A DNA stretch of 64,000 nucleotides from a virus. Numbering within the stretch: position 1 is the stretch's first letter; every line of letters begins with the position of its first letter. Below, one piece after another: positions 36,268 to 45,803 of the stretch. The notes under the pieces are model-generated. The model saw only the letters and a program-made list of their open reading frames with translations. It had not been told where the DNA came from and did no database searches. The stretch spans positions 39,000-102,999 of the IMG/VR virus record IMGVR_UViG_3300044712_001292; one strand, written 5' to 3'. The position numbers and the translations under genes are program-made.

Positions 36268-37131
36268 ATGATCACCCCTATCGAAGTAACTCCGTCATCC
36301 ATAAGTAACCCGGTTAAGGTTACAAGGACTGCGGCTACCTCGCGCAAGCAGTTGGTCTTCAAACTCCTGGATGCAGAGGGTCGCCCTATCGATCTGCGGG
36401 AAGAAGTTCCGAACCCGCCGGCACGGAAGCCGACCTTCGGCACAGAACCGCCTGCGCAGGGGTCGAACGTCACCGTCCGGCTGCGTGCTCGCGATGGCGA
36501 ACTTTACGGACCAGTGCAGTTCGATGTCACCGGGCAGCTGCTTGACGAGCGTGGTTTCGTCGAGTTCCTGTTGACTGAGACCGAGACAAGCAAACCGGGT
36601 GTCTATCAGGCTGAGATCGGCCGATTCGCAGGTTCATGGCTCGTTGATACCTGGCCCGTCCTCGTCGTCGTCGAACCGTCCGTCTTTCAGACACTGAGCG
36701 GCAACGGTCCTATCACGATCCCGGAAATCCGGCTGGCCCTTCTGGACAATAACAACGGAGCTGACGGTGCCCCCTTCAACAACCTGCTGACAGACGTCGA
36801 ATTCTCTGACGTCGAGATCGCAAACGCGATTCGTCGTGTTGTCGACATGTGGAACGAGACGCCGCCCAACGTGATGTACTTCAGTACAAACGACTTCCCT
36901 TACCGCTACTGGTGGATTATGGGGACGTCGGCCATCTTGCTGCGGGCTGGGGCTGCCCGGTACCGCCGTAACAGGCTGGCGTACTCGGCAGGCGGCGTGT
37001 CTATAGACGACCAGTCGAAGGCTGAGGAATACGAGCAGGTCGGCGAGGCCCGTATGCGCGAGTTCAAGGAGTGGATGATGTCGGAGAAGGTCCGCATCAA
37101 TATGGGCTACTGCTGGGGCAACGGGATCTGA
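36268..37131 (+). CDS. Probable head-tail adaptor/neck protein
   Basis: N-terminal beta domain plus helical C-terminal domain (RNRLAYSAGGVSIDD); position between head and tail genes. Confidence 0.6.
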   Translation: MITPIEVTPSSISNPVKVTRTAATSRKQLVFKLLDAEGRPIDLREEVPNPPARKPTFGTEPPAQGSNVTVRLRARDGELYGPVQFDVTGQLLDERGFVEFLLTETETSKPGVYQAEIGRFAGSWLVDTWPVLVVVEPSVFQTLSGNGPITIPEIRLALLDNNNGADGAPFNNLLTDVEFSDVEIANAIRRVVDMWNETPPNVMYFSTNDFPYRYWWIMGTSAILLRAGAARYRRNRLAYSAGGVSIDDQSKAEEYEQVGEARMREFKEWMMSEKVRINMGYCWGNGI

Positions 37132-37136
37132 CCTTC

Positions 37137-37946
37137 ATGCCCGAACGCGTATTCCTTCGCATCAATGTCGACACGCACTTCAGCGTGCTGACGACTCAGC
37201 GGGTGACCGTTTCCTGGGCGATGGAGCCGTCGTTCGTAGAGCCCGGCCCGTGGACGTTTACGCTGCAGCGCGGGTACGCGCCGACGGAAGACGCGTGGGA
37301 GGACATCGCAACCACCGTAGACCAGCCCTGGCTCTACGACAACAGGCCGACAGTCAATGTCGTCGGTACGTCGGTCTACTACCGGATCAAGCTGGTCGAC
37401 GGCAACGGGGTCGTCTACTATTCGCAGGTACAGACGACGTCAGCGTACTGGACGAGGTACGACTGGTCGCTGGCGAAAGAGATCATCCGCAAGGAGACGC
37501 TGCTGCTTCGGAAGAAGACGGGCGTACGCGGCGTCCTGCTGAAGCGCCGTTACTTCGGCGAGCGCTGCCCCGTATGCACGAACCCGACGACTGGGCAAGT
37601 GGAGTCCAGCACCTGCACGACATGCTATGGCACGGGGATCGTCGGCGGCTATTACCCGCCGTTTGAGTACTGGGTCACAATGAATGCTACGCAACGCATG
37701 CGTAAGCTAACGGCGGAGCAGGGCGTCATCGCCTCCACCATCGAAAGCGTCCGTGCGCTCGCGTACCCCGTCCCCGAAGGGAACGATGTGTGGGTGAACG
37801 GTGAGACAAATCAGCGGTATTATGTGACACCGGATATTAAGGTTATCGCCCGTCACCGTGGCATCAGCCTTGTCCTCGATCTGGTGCTGAACGAGGTACC
37901 GACCGACCACGTCATCTACCAGTTCCCGACGCTATGCGCCCCATAA
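37137..37946 (+). CDS. Probable neck/head-closure protein with Zn finger
   Basis: CPVC...CTTCYGTGIVGGY; position. Confidence 0.6.
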   Translation: MPERVFLRINVDTHFSVLTTQRVTVSWAMEPSFVEPGPWTFTLQRGYAPTEDAWEDIATTVDQPWLYDNRPTVNVVGTSVYYRIKLVDGNGVVYYSQVQTTSAYWTRYDWSLAKEIIRKETLLLRKKTGVRGVLLKRRYFGERCPVCTNPTTGQVESSTCTTCYGTGIVGGYYPPFEYWVTMNATQRMRKLTAEQGVIASTIESVRALAYPVPEGNDVWVNGETNQRYYVTPDIKVIARHRGISLVLDLVLNEVPTDHVIYQFPTLCAP

Positions 37947-38043
37947 TTCGGAAGCCGAAGGTGCAGCCCGCACAGGCGCCTCCGAGCGAGGCTTCACGGG
38001 TGGTATTAGCCAAGCCTGCGCCTAAGCTGGTACCTAAGCTACC

Positions 38044-38856
38044 ATGCCGCTGACGAACGACGGAAATGAGCGCGACGTCAGGCTGCGTCCTGACTCGGCC
38101 CCTATTCCGGGTGCCGACGAGAACCTGAATGGTCCTATACCGCCGGGTGCTCCGTGCGACACGGTTGGCACGCAGACAGACCTGCCGGCGAGCGGATACA
38201 CCGTTCAGACGCCATCTGCAACGTTCGAGCAGCAGTACGACTGGTCCGCCCTGGCTGACGTGTGCCCGCGCGGATTCGACATGAGGACGGTAGAGACGGT
38301 CCTCTTCAAGATCGTTGTTTCGCACTTCTCAAACCCCGACCGCATCATCAACCCAGACCTCAAGTCGCTGATCTACACGCCGAACCCGACCACCACCAAG
38401 CTGCGTGTTGCGCTCAATACCGCTTTTGATCTGCCGACGTCGACGAAGCTACCTGCAGTCATCCTGAAGCGCGGACAACAGGAGTTCGAGCGTATTGGCA
38501 TCAACGACAGCAGTGAACAGCGCGTACTTGAGCCCGAGATCATACCGTTCGTCAGGCGCGTGAAGGGTACGCATCTGCTGATGTCGGTATCTTCGGTGCC
38601 CGGGGAGACCGAGAACCTGGCGAACGAGCTCGTCGACGCCTTTACATGCCTATCGCCCGTCCTTCGTTCCGAGCTGCCCTTCGCCGACTTTGAAGTCGCC
38701 GGAGTTACCGAGCTTCAGATCTCGGATGAGCTCGGTAATAGATCAGTCGTAGCCGTGCAACTCGTTTACAAATATGAGCTTGGGTGGACTCTGCGCAAGT
38801 CTACGCCCCTTGCAAGCCGACTTGCGCTTCGTACACTCTTTAACGTCCAGAGCTAG
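38044..38856 (+). CDS. Probable tail terminator/completion protein
   Basis: LPAVILKRG motif; immediately upstream of the sheath. Confidence 0.55.
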   Translation: MPLTNDGNERDVRLRPDSAPIPGADENLNGPIPPGAPCDTVGTQTDLPASGYTVQTPSATFEQQYDWSALADVCPRGFDMRTVETVLFKIVVSHFSNPDRIINPDLKSLIYTPNPTTTKLRVALNTAFDLPTSTKLPAVILKRGQQEFERIGINDSSEQRVLEPEIIPFVRRVKGTHLLMSVSSVPGETENLANELVDAFTCLSPVLRSELPFADFEVAGVTELQISDELGNRSVVAVQLVYKYELGWTLRKSTPLASRLALRTLFNVQS

Positions 38857-38864
38857 AGGTAGGC

Positions 38865-40862
38865 ATGACCGAGCCCGTTACTACAGTACTGCCGACGACG
38901 CTCTTCCGGCGTTTCCGCGAAGTGCCGGCCACACTGTCGTCGCAAAACGGCGTCCTCCTCGCCGGTATGGCCTACGTCGAGCACGGATACAAGCGTGCAG
39001 CCGGTACGGGCGGCATCGGTCAGTACGTCGGCTCGACGCTGACAGCTGCGTGGCCGAATCTAGGTGTGAACGAAACGGTTCGTACATCGACGGCTGTCGC
39101 CACCATCGTTTCTGCCATCGTCCGTTACTATACGGAGACCGGCGCTCCCGGTGCTACCAAGGGCACACAGTACGGTACGGCGCCGAATAAGATCACACAT
39201 AACGGTACCGCGACCATCTGGACCGGAGCCGGGTTCACTCCGTCGCTGAACGTGCCTCTGGCTGTCGGTGACTATGTACGGCTGGACAATAACGGGGTGA
39301 CAGTTCTTCACACCCGTGTGACTGGTTTCGAGGCTATCGGCGGTCAGCTGAAGGTTCTTGTTCTCGCGGACAACATCCCGGCCGCGCTGACCGGCGTTGG
39401 CGTATACTTCAACGTCAGTGTCGGTCAGGTAGCGACTCTGGATCTGCTGAACAGCCAGCTGACCACGACTTCCAGCCAGGTCACGATTCCGGCCGCGCTG
39501 ACGGCCGCAACGTCGCGCACGGGCAGTGCCTACCCGGTTATAGGCGCCACGCTGCCGGATGGCACCGTCCTCGGCCAGGCCTATGTCGACTACTTCGCGA
39601 CACTGACGGGCGCCTTCACAGGCAACGTGGTGAAGTTGAAGACCGCCACCGACGTTTATGCGACGTTCCCGGATACCGGCGTAGGTTCGGGACTCGGCTT
39701 CGCCGCGCTCAACGCCCTATCGCCGACGGTTACGGGGCTTCAGCCTGCGCCGGTTGGCGTCATAGCTCCGACGAGCGATACGCTGGGTGGCTATCAGGCA
39801 CTCATCGACGTCATCCGTTTCCGGTCTGACTACAGCGCGATTGCCGTACTCAGCGAGGACTCGAGCGTCATAGCTGCGTTCGCTGATCTGCTGAACTCTC
39901 GCGCATCCAACTATCAGCCCGCTCAGCTGTTCGTCGGCATGTCGTTCACGAAGGACGAGGAAATCGGCTCGTCGACAGCCGTAACGATCAACGACTCGCA
40001 GACCCCAGGTGAGCAACGCACGTTCCTGGTTACGGCCGGAGCTCCGTTCGCAACCGCGGTAAGCGGTGACACCATCCGTCACTACACGTCTCCGACGGTT
40101 TATGTGACGTATGTTATCCAGTCCGTCATCAGCACCCAGACGGCTATCGTCACGTCTGCGGTGCCCGGCGGCCCCCTGGCTGCCCAGACCATCGAAGTCT
40201 GGCACCACCTGACGACGGCTGAGCAGGTCGCTTCGGCGATCGGCGAAGCACAGTCGTTTGCGAACGACTCGGTGAACCTGATCTACCCCGACACCTTCAC
40301 CTACGGCGGTGTATCGGTTCCGCCGTACATGATGGCTGCTTACGCTGCTGCGCTGCAGTCATGGTCCGCCCCGCAGCAGATGCTGTCGTACGTGGTACCG
40401 TCCTCCCCCTGGAGCGCACCGACGCAGGCGGCTGTGTCGGGCTATCAGGATGAGCTGGCGTCCGGCGGTCTGTTCGTGTTCGACGTATCGACGTCCGGTG
40501 TCCTCTACGTCCGCTTCCCGCGTACGACGGACCCGTCGTCTGATCAGACGTCTCAGTCTGTCGTTGTGGCGACGGAGCAGTTCGTTACGCGGTATATCGC
40601 CAGCCAGCTGACTCCGCTGCTGGGTCTGTACCGGACGTCGACGGAACTGTACGCTCAGCTGCGTACGAAGGCCTCCGCAGCACTGGCGTCGTTGCGGAAC
40701 GCGTCCGTCAGCGGTCTCGGTTCCATCATCATCTCTGGCACTGTCGGCGACATAGGCCAGAGCACGACAAACGCCAACACTGTCGTCGTTCCTATTACCG
40801 TATCGATTGCCGGCGTCGCTGAAGACATCCTCCAGCTCGATATCACGGTCACGCTAGGGTAA
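38865..40862 (+). CDS. Tail sheath protein
   Basis: 665 aa; sheath-like C-terminus (ELASGG..VRFPRTTD..VVVPITVSI..LQLDITV); followed by a tube-sized gene. Confidence 0.75.
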   Translation: MTEPVTTVLPTTLFRRFREVPATLSSQNGVLLAGMAYVEHGYKRAAGTGGIGQYVGSTLTAAWPNLGVNETVRTSTAVATIVSAIVRYYTETGAPGATKGTQYGTAPNKITHNGTATIWTGAGFTPSLNVPLAVGDYVRLDNNGVTVLHTRVTGFEAIGGQLKVLVLADNIPAALTGVGVYFNVSVGQVATLDLLNSQLTTTSSQVTIPAALTAATSRTGSAYPVIGATLPDGTVLGQAYVDYFATLTGAFTGNVVKLKTATDVYATFPDTGVGSGLGFAALNALSPTVTGLQPAPVGVIAPTSDTLGGYQALIDVIRFRSDYSAIAVLSEDSSVIAAFADLLNSRASNYQPAQLFVGMSFTKDEEIGSSTAVTINDSQTPGEQRTFLVTAGAPFATAVSGDTIRHYTSPTVYVTYVIQSVISTQTAIVTSAVPGGPLAAQTIEVWHHLTTAEQVASAIGEAQSFANDSVNLIYPDTFTYGGVSVPPYMMAAYAAALQSWSAPQQMLSYVVPSSPWSAPTQAAVSGYQDELASGGLFVFDVSTSGVLYVRFPRTTDPSSDQTSQSVVVATEQFVTRYIASQLTPLLGLYRTSTELYAQLRTKASAALASLRNASVSGLGSIIISGTVGDIGQSTTNANTVVVPITVSIAGVAEDILQLDITVTLG

Positions 40863-40865
40863 TAT

Positions 40866-41291
40866 ATGGCCAATACCTCATGCAACAGTCGTTCCCTTCA
40901 GGGCGTATTCCGCGGAAGCTCAGCTGTCATCGCTACGGACGATAGCGACTTCAAGGGCATCGTGCAGGGGTACGAGATCACGTTCCAGGTCGACAAGAAG
41001 CAGGTATTCGATCTCGTCTCACCCGGCTTCTACTACCTCGAGCAGCCACCTGTCGGGGCGGCCTCCTTCTCGAAGATCGTCGGACCCAAGGGCCTGCAGA
41101 AGAACCTCTGCTCCTGTGTTCCGAAGACCATCACCATCGACGCCTCCGCTGCAAACTGCTACCCTGGAACCGGGGTGCAGGCGCAGTACGTTCTTGTAAA
41201 CGCTCTTCCAACTGGCCTGAAGGTCAGCAGCACCGTCCAGGACTGGCTCATCGCTTTCTCTGTTTCGTATATATTCAGTGATCTGCAGTGA
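40866..41291 (+). CDS. Tail tube protein
   Basis: 141 aa beta protein after the sheath (GIVQGYEITF..VFDL..YY..G). Confidence 0.7.
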   Translation: MANTSCNSRSLQGVFRGSSAVIATDDSDFKGIVQGYEITFQVDKKQVFDLVSPGFYYLEQPPVGAASFSKIVGPKGLQKNLCSCVPKTITIDASAANCYPGTGVQAQYVLVNALPTGLKVSSTVQDWLIAFSVSYIFSDLQ

Positions 41292-43804
41292 ACCCTCCGG
41301 TAAAGCCGCCCTCTGTTCAGCAGCTTGACCCTCAGCAAGCCGGCTTGGGGGCACCGAATCTATCGCAACTCCCTCAGCCATTGGTGGTACCGGAGCCGAT
41401 AGCGTCACAGACGCGTTTACCGGACCCTGGTCGTGGAGCCGTACTGCCCTCGTACATCGTACGGGGCCAGATCAAGATGGCGCTTCCGGCGCTGAACATG
41501 TACGACGTCTATGTCGCGTCGATGGGGCTCGTCGTTGCCCAGGTGATCTCGACGACAGGTGGCAGCAACGTCTTCCGACCGGCGACAACGGCCCAGGCTT
41601 CGATGGTTCCTGGTACCGAGGTGTGGGTGGCGCTGGACCCGGTGAATAACCAGCACGGCTTCATCCTGGGAGCAGCAAACACCAGCGCCCCGCTGCAATC
41701 GTATTCGCAGAACCTGTCGCAGTACCCTCAGGTATCCGGGCTCGAATTCGATCCGAAGACATCGGCTGCGCGGCAGCTGGATGCCAAGGTGGCTGCGGGT
41801 GTTCCGGCAGAAAGCGCCCCGAACACCGTCCACTCCGTCCGAGACGTCGTACCCGGTGACTGGTCCGTAACAAACGCCCAAGGTGGTGGCGTCGGTGTTG
41901 AGTCGTATCGCGTGTGGATTGGTGGCGGACCTATGGTTGGCATTACGTTCTTCTGCGATGAGCAGACGACGCGTATTGCTGGCTCAGGTCTTGAGCTCAT
42001 CACCATGGCCGAGGAGTACGAGGATCGGCTGATGGGCCGTTCACTCGTATCCATCCGTCGCCGCGTCGACTTCCCATCTGACGCGCTATTCGACAACCCG
42101 CCAAACCTTCTTGAGGTACGCGGTCAGACCTACGCTGGCCAGAGCAGCTTTCAGTCGTATCGACCGAAGGACAACCCGGCGCAGAAGAATGACGCCGCAC
42201 AGTGGCCTGATCCGCAGCGGTTTGCGCTGATCCATGAATACCGTGGTGTAGACGGAACCTACGCCCTGACATCCGCAGCGAGCCTGACGCTGCAGAAGTG
42301 GGTGGGCGTACTCATGCCCATCGAGGTCGTCTCGCGCCCTGACGCAGCACCGGTAACAGATTTCCCGGGTGTGGTGCAGCCGAAGGAACAGCCGGAAGAC
42401 CCGAATACGTTCCCGGCCCCAGAGTACACGATTCCCGACCGCAAGGTCATCACAGGCGATAAAGACCTGGAACTGATCTCTGGCGAAGCGATCATGTCCC
42501 GGAACCGCAGCGAGGCCTCTCCGCTGCCTGGAATGACGAACGCCGGAAACATCATAGCATCCATCATCGGATGGCAGTCCGCCCGAGCGTTTGCCAAGAC
42601 CGACATGTGGAAGCTGCTCACGGGGCAGATGCCGAAGTTCATGATGGACGGCTCTCGGCCACGTGAAATCGATGAAATCAACACCGACGCTGGATCATGG
42701 AAGCGCGTCCCGAAGTTCTTCGCCGTAAACCTGAACTCCTATGGTGCGTCCAAGCGGCTGTACATGGGCCGTGCCATGATATCGATAACCGACGAGGGCG
42801 GCATTGTTCTGCAGGATGCCTGGGGTAGCCAGATCATCATGGCTGGCGGTAATATCTACATCACCGCGGAGCACGGCATCATCAGGAACGCGGGTAAGGA
42901 CAACGTCGATCTGAGCGGCCGTGATCACACGATGACGGCTGGTCGCAATACCGATATTTTCGCAAGCGGCGGCAGTGCGACGCTGTCGGCCGGCGCCCAG
43001 CTGTCGCTTATCGGTGGTGTCAGTGGTGACCACGGCGTGCTGATCCACTCGAAGGGTACCGGATCGGCCATGCTGATGAACGGCGACACGGAGACCTACG
43101 CCGCTGCCAACGGTGGCATCGCGCTGCGGTCTGAGGGTGGTATCACAGCTGACGGTAAAGCGATCCGTCTCAAGGCTGCGAAGGGGGCCGTCGGCATCAA
43201 GTCCGAGCTCGGTGTCCTCGTCGAGGCCGGCAAGCTGAGCTCCGCCTTCACGCCGACTGGCATGTGGCTCTCCGACACAGAGGGCGGAACCGACCGTGGC
43301 GTCATGCTCAGCCCGTACGGCTCCTACATGCCGTTGCTGACGGTCACAGTGAATCTCGTTACGTTCGGCATGAGCAACATGCTGACGAACAGCAATTCCC
43401 AGTACGCCGTATACAAAGGCGCACCGACGGACACGCTGCGTAGTTCGCTGAACAGCCTCAAGGTCGGCTCGACGACGCCTGACGCCAAGGAAGAGCTGTA
43501 CCCTGGCTACCTGTCCTCGAGCGACTACGGTGCTGAGACAGAAGCCTTCAAGCTACCGGAACCGGCGTGGCAGACTCGCATCATGACGGCTGGAAATGCC
43601 AACCAGATGCAGAAGAAGTACACGTGGAAGATCAACATGTCCGTTAACGGGCAGATGCCGTTCCCCGGCAAGAAGTACTGGGAGAGCGATAAGAGCGGCG
43701 TGAAGAGCATCGCTAACTACGTCGGATACGGTGAGAACTACGATCACGAGGCCGAGATCGCCGTCCGAGACATGCCTCTTCAGAAGATGTTGCGTGGCCT
43801 ATGA
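41288..43804 (+). CDS. Baseplate central spike (gp5/VgrG-like: OB fold plus beta-helix repeats)
   Basis: PGTEVWV..GFILG; ISITDEGGIVLQDAWGSQIIMAGGNIYITA. Confidence 0.65.
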   Translation: MNPPVKPPSVQQLDPQQAGLGAPNLSQLPQPLVVPEPIASQTRLPDPGRGAVLPSYIVRGQIKMALPALNMYDVYVASMGLVVAQVISTTGGSNVFRPATTAQASMVPGTEVWVALDPVNNQHGFILGAANTSAPLQSYSQNLSQYPQVSGLEFDPKTSAARQLDAKVAAGVPAESAPNTVHSVRDVVPGDWSVTNAQGGGVGVESYRVWIGGGPMVGITFFCDEQTTRIAGSGLELITMAEEYEDRLMGRSLVSIRRRVDFPSDALFDNPPNLLEVRGQTYAGQSSFQSYRPKDNPAQKNDAAQWPDPQRFALIHEYRGVDGTYALTSAASLTLQKWVGVLMPIEVVSRPDAAPVTDFPGVVQPKEQPEDPNTFPAPEYTIPDRKVITGDKDLELISGEAIMSRNRSEASPLPGMTNAGNIIASIIGWQSARAFAKTDMWKLLTGQMPKFMMDGSRPREIDEINTDAGSWKRVPKFFAVNLNSYGASKRLYMGRAMISITDEGGIVLQDAWGSQIIMAGGNIYITAEHGIIRNAGKDNVDLSGRDHTMTAGRNTDIFASGGSATLSAGAQLSLIGGVSGDHGVLIHSKGTGSAMLMNGDTETYAAANGGIALRSEGGITADGKAIRLKAAKGAVGIKSELGVLVEAGKLSSAFTPTGMWLSDTEGGTDRGVMLSPYGSYMPLLTVTVNLVTFGMSNMLTNSNSQYAVYKGAPTDTLRSSLNSLKVGSTTPDAKEELYPGYLSSSDYGAETEAFKLPEPAWQTRIMTAGNANQMQKKYTWKINMSVNGQMPFPGKKYWESDKSGVKSIANYVGYGENYDHEAEIAVRDMPLQKMLRGL

Positions 43805-44295
43805 CACCTGAAGCAGATCTCGAGCAGTTTCAGCAGGCCGCCGCAGCAGCTCCCGTGGAGACTCCTCCGCAGGATGCACGGGTCGTGTCCGACGAGGATA
43901 AGCTTGCGTTTCTGGCGCACATCATGACCGGCGCACCGTTCATCAAGCAGTACAACTTTGGTGTCGACGGGCTCATCGAACTGACGACCGTGCCGTCAGA
44001 CGAGCTGTTTCGGATACGTCTGTGCGTTCAGAACACTTTCGACAAGACCGCATGGGAGTACATGGTCCGCAGCATGACCATCGCAGCGTCCGTACGTCGT
44101 TGTGAGGTCGGCGGTAAGATCATCGCCCCCGTCATTGACAGGTCCTGGGCTGGTACGGACGCTTACTCTGGCTTCCTTGAGCGTGTCCCGCAAGGGCTGC
44201 TCAGTATCATCGAGTCGCTCTATCTCGACTTCAGCTCGACACTGTCGACGCTCATCGATAAGGTATCAGACCGAAGTTTTTGGCCGACCCCGTGA
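43801..44295 (+). CDS. Probable tail assembly chaperone
   Basis: 164 aa; position and size. Confidence 0.5.
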   Translation: MTPEADLEQFQQAAAAAPVETPPQDARVVSDEDKLAFLAHIMTGAPFIKQYNFGVDGLIELTTVPSDELFRIRLCVQNTFDKTAWEYMVRSMTIAASVRRCEVGGKIIAPVIDRSWAGTDAYSGFLERVPQGLLSIIESLYLDFSSTLSTLIDKVSDRSFWPTP

Positions 44296-44480
44296 CCGCC
44301 AGCGCCTGCGCAGCGGTATCACGGGGTCTCCTCCAGCTGGACAGGTTCGACAATTCAGCTCGGTGGTGGATGGGGGCGTCCGTAGCGCTCGCGCAGTCCG
44401 GCTTCACGTCCTCCGGCTCTACAAGCGATGCGGAACTGGCCACGTTGTGGACCCAGCTGCACGCGCAGGGTAAGGTATGA
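44292..44480 (+). CDS. Small ORF in the -1 frame after the chaperone (GTG start or frameshift extension)
   Basis: GTGA overlap; T5 run at 44277-44281. Confidence 0.45.
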   Translation: MTASACAAVSRGLLQLDRFDNSARWWMGASVALAQSGFTSSGSTSDAELATLWTQLHAQGKV

Positions 44481-44860
44481 CCATGAGAGATCCTCAGCTC
44501 GACCTCGCTCGGCCTGGAAAGCTGATAGCCCAGCCTGCAGAGCCGACTGCCTCTGATTCCAGCGCTACTGCCACCGCTATCCTTACCGGAGGTGTTCCGG
44601 CTGCTAAGCCGGTCGCAGCCTCCTCTCAGGGAGCTCCGCTTCACGAGAACGTGGTAGCGCTGACGCCTCCTGCCCAGGCGCTCCGCCAGCAGGTCATGCC
44701 GATCGTTCGTGAGATCGGAACTCCGAGCACAACGGTGCCTCAGCCAGTTACTAAGCCCGACATGTCGTATGTCAATAGGCTTGCTGAGACGGTGGCATCT
44801 CTAAGATCCGCTATGGCTCGTCAACGTCAGCAACCCCTGTATATAAAGGCGTTTCGCTAG
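44477..44860 (+). CDS. Short hypothetical protein in the usual tape-measure position
   Basis: 127 aa, Ala/Pro-rich. Confidence 0.55.
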   Translation: MTMRDPQLDLARPGKLIAQPAEPTASDSSATATAILTGGVPAAKPVAASSQGAPLHENVVALTPPAQALRQQVMPIVREIGTPSTTVPQPVTKPDMSYVNRLAETVASLRSAMARQRQQPLYIKAFR

Positions 44861-45351
44861 TGGCAACCGTCACATCGAGCACCTGCGGATCCCCGCTCGG
44901 ACGGATGGTCGCCGTGAAAACCGGAGCGACCGCTCCGCTGAGCCTGACCTTCGACGGCAAGCCGTTGATGAATATGGGCCTCTGTGTCGGCATGGAGGTC
45001 CATCAGTCGGTTATCGCACAGTTTCAGAACACCTTCGGCAACTACATCTATATCACGCCGTTCGGCGACAAGCCGGGCGAGATCTCCCTGTCGTTCATCA
45101 TCAACAGCACGTGTGATACGTCGGTACAGGCCCTCAACGTCGTTGACTTCTATATCAAGTCCCGCCTGCAGCCGACACAGATCCTCGGAGGAGACGGGAC
45201 GTACCTATACTTGCAGAAGAACGTACCTATCATCGTCGCGGTCGGCAGCCTGTCGCTACGTGGGTTCGTGACGGGACTCGACATGCGCGGGTCTACTGAC
45301 GGAAGCGCCATCATCAGCGCTACACTTCGCATGACGGGATGGCCGGCATGA
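44860..45351 (+). CDS. Tube-like baseplate (tube initiator) protein
   Basis: QFQNTFGNYIYITPFGDKPGEISLS. Confidence 0.6.
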   Translation: MATVTSSTCGSPLGRMVAVKTGATAPLSLTFDGKPLMNMGLCVGMEVHQSVIAQFQNTFGNYIYITPFGDKPGEISLSFIINSTCDTSVQALNVVDFYIKSRLQPTQILGGDGTYLYLQKNVPIIVAVGSLSLRGFVTGLDMRGSTDGSAIISATLRMTGWPA

Positions 45352-45803
45352 ACGGGTTTCTCGCAGCGTTGGACAACATCTCGTCAGCCCCGGTAAACGG
45401 GCTATCGACGACAGGAAATGTCGTGTGGCCATCGCCGTTTCTGGTGAGGTCCTACTCGATCGCCGAAAACGAAGTACGTGTCCGCCTGTTCGGTGACTGT
45501 CCGACACGCTTCATCCATTTCGTCAAGTCCATCCAGCTTCTGTGGCTGGTCGAAGACAGCGTACTGTCCGCAGCTATCGCGCAGACGGACCCTTCGATAA
45601 CGTATACGAGGGCGCAGCTGGTGGGTCAGTTCGAGGGTATTGCTACGGACTACCGCTACGCTGTTCGAGACGCTCTCGCTCAGCTTCCCGGCATAAACCC
45701 GGATATACTCGAAGAAGACCTCCGCCGCGTCTGGGATGCATCGATAACGCCGGCAGACAAGCTCGCAGCGTGTGTCGTTCATTTTGGTCGCATGTATGCC
45801 TAA
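45348..45803 (+). CDS. Hypothetical baseplate protein
   Basis: ATGA-coupled ORF. Confidence 0.6.
   Translation: MNGFLAALDNISSAPVNGLSTTGNVVWPSPFLVRSYSIAENEVRVRLFGDCPTRFIHFVKSIQLLWLVEDSVLSAAIAQTDPSITYTRAQLVGQFEGIATDYRYAVRDALAQLPGINPDILEEDLRRVWDASITPADKLAACVVHFGRMYA

Noticed and set aside
37934-38053. 39-aa Pro/Lys-rich ORF bridging the neck and terminator genes
   Set aside because: Plausible gap filler but no RBS, motif or other support
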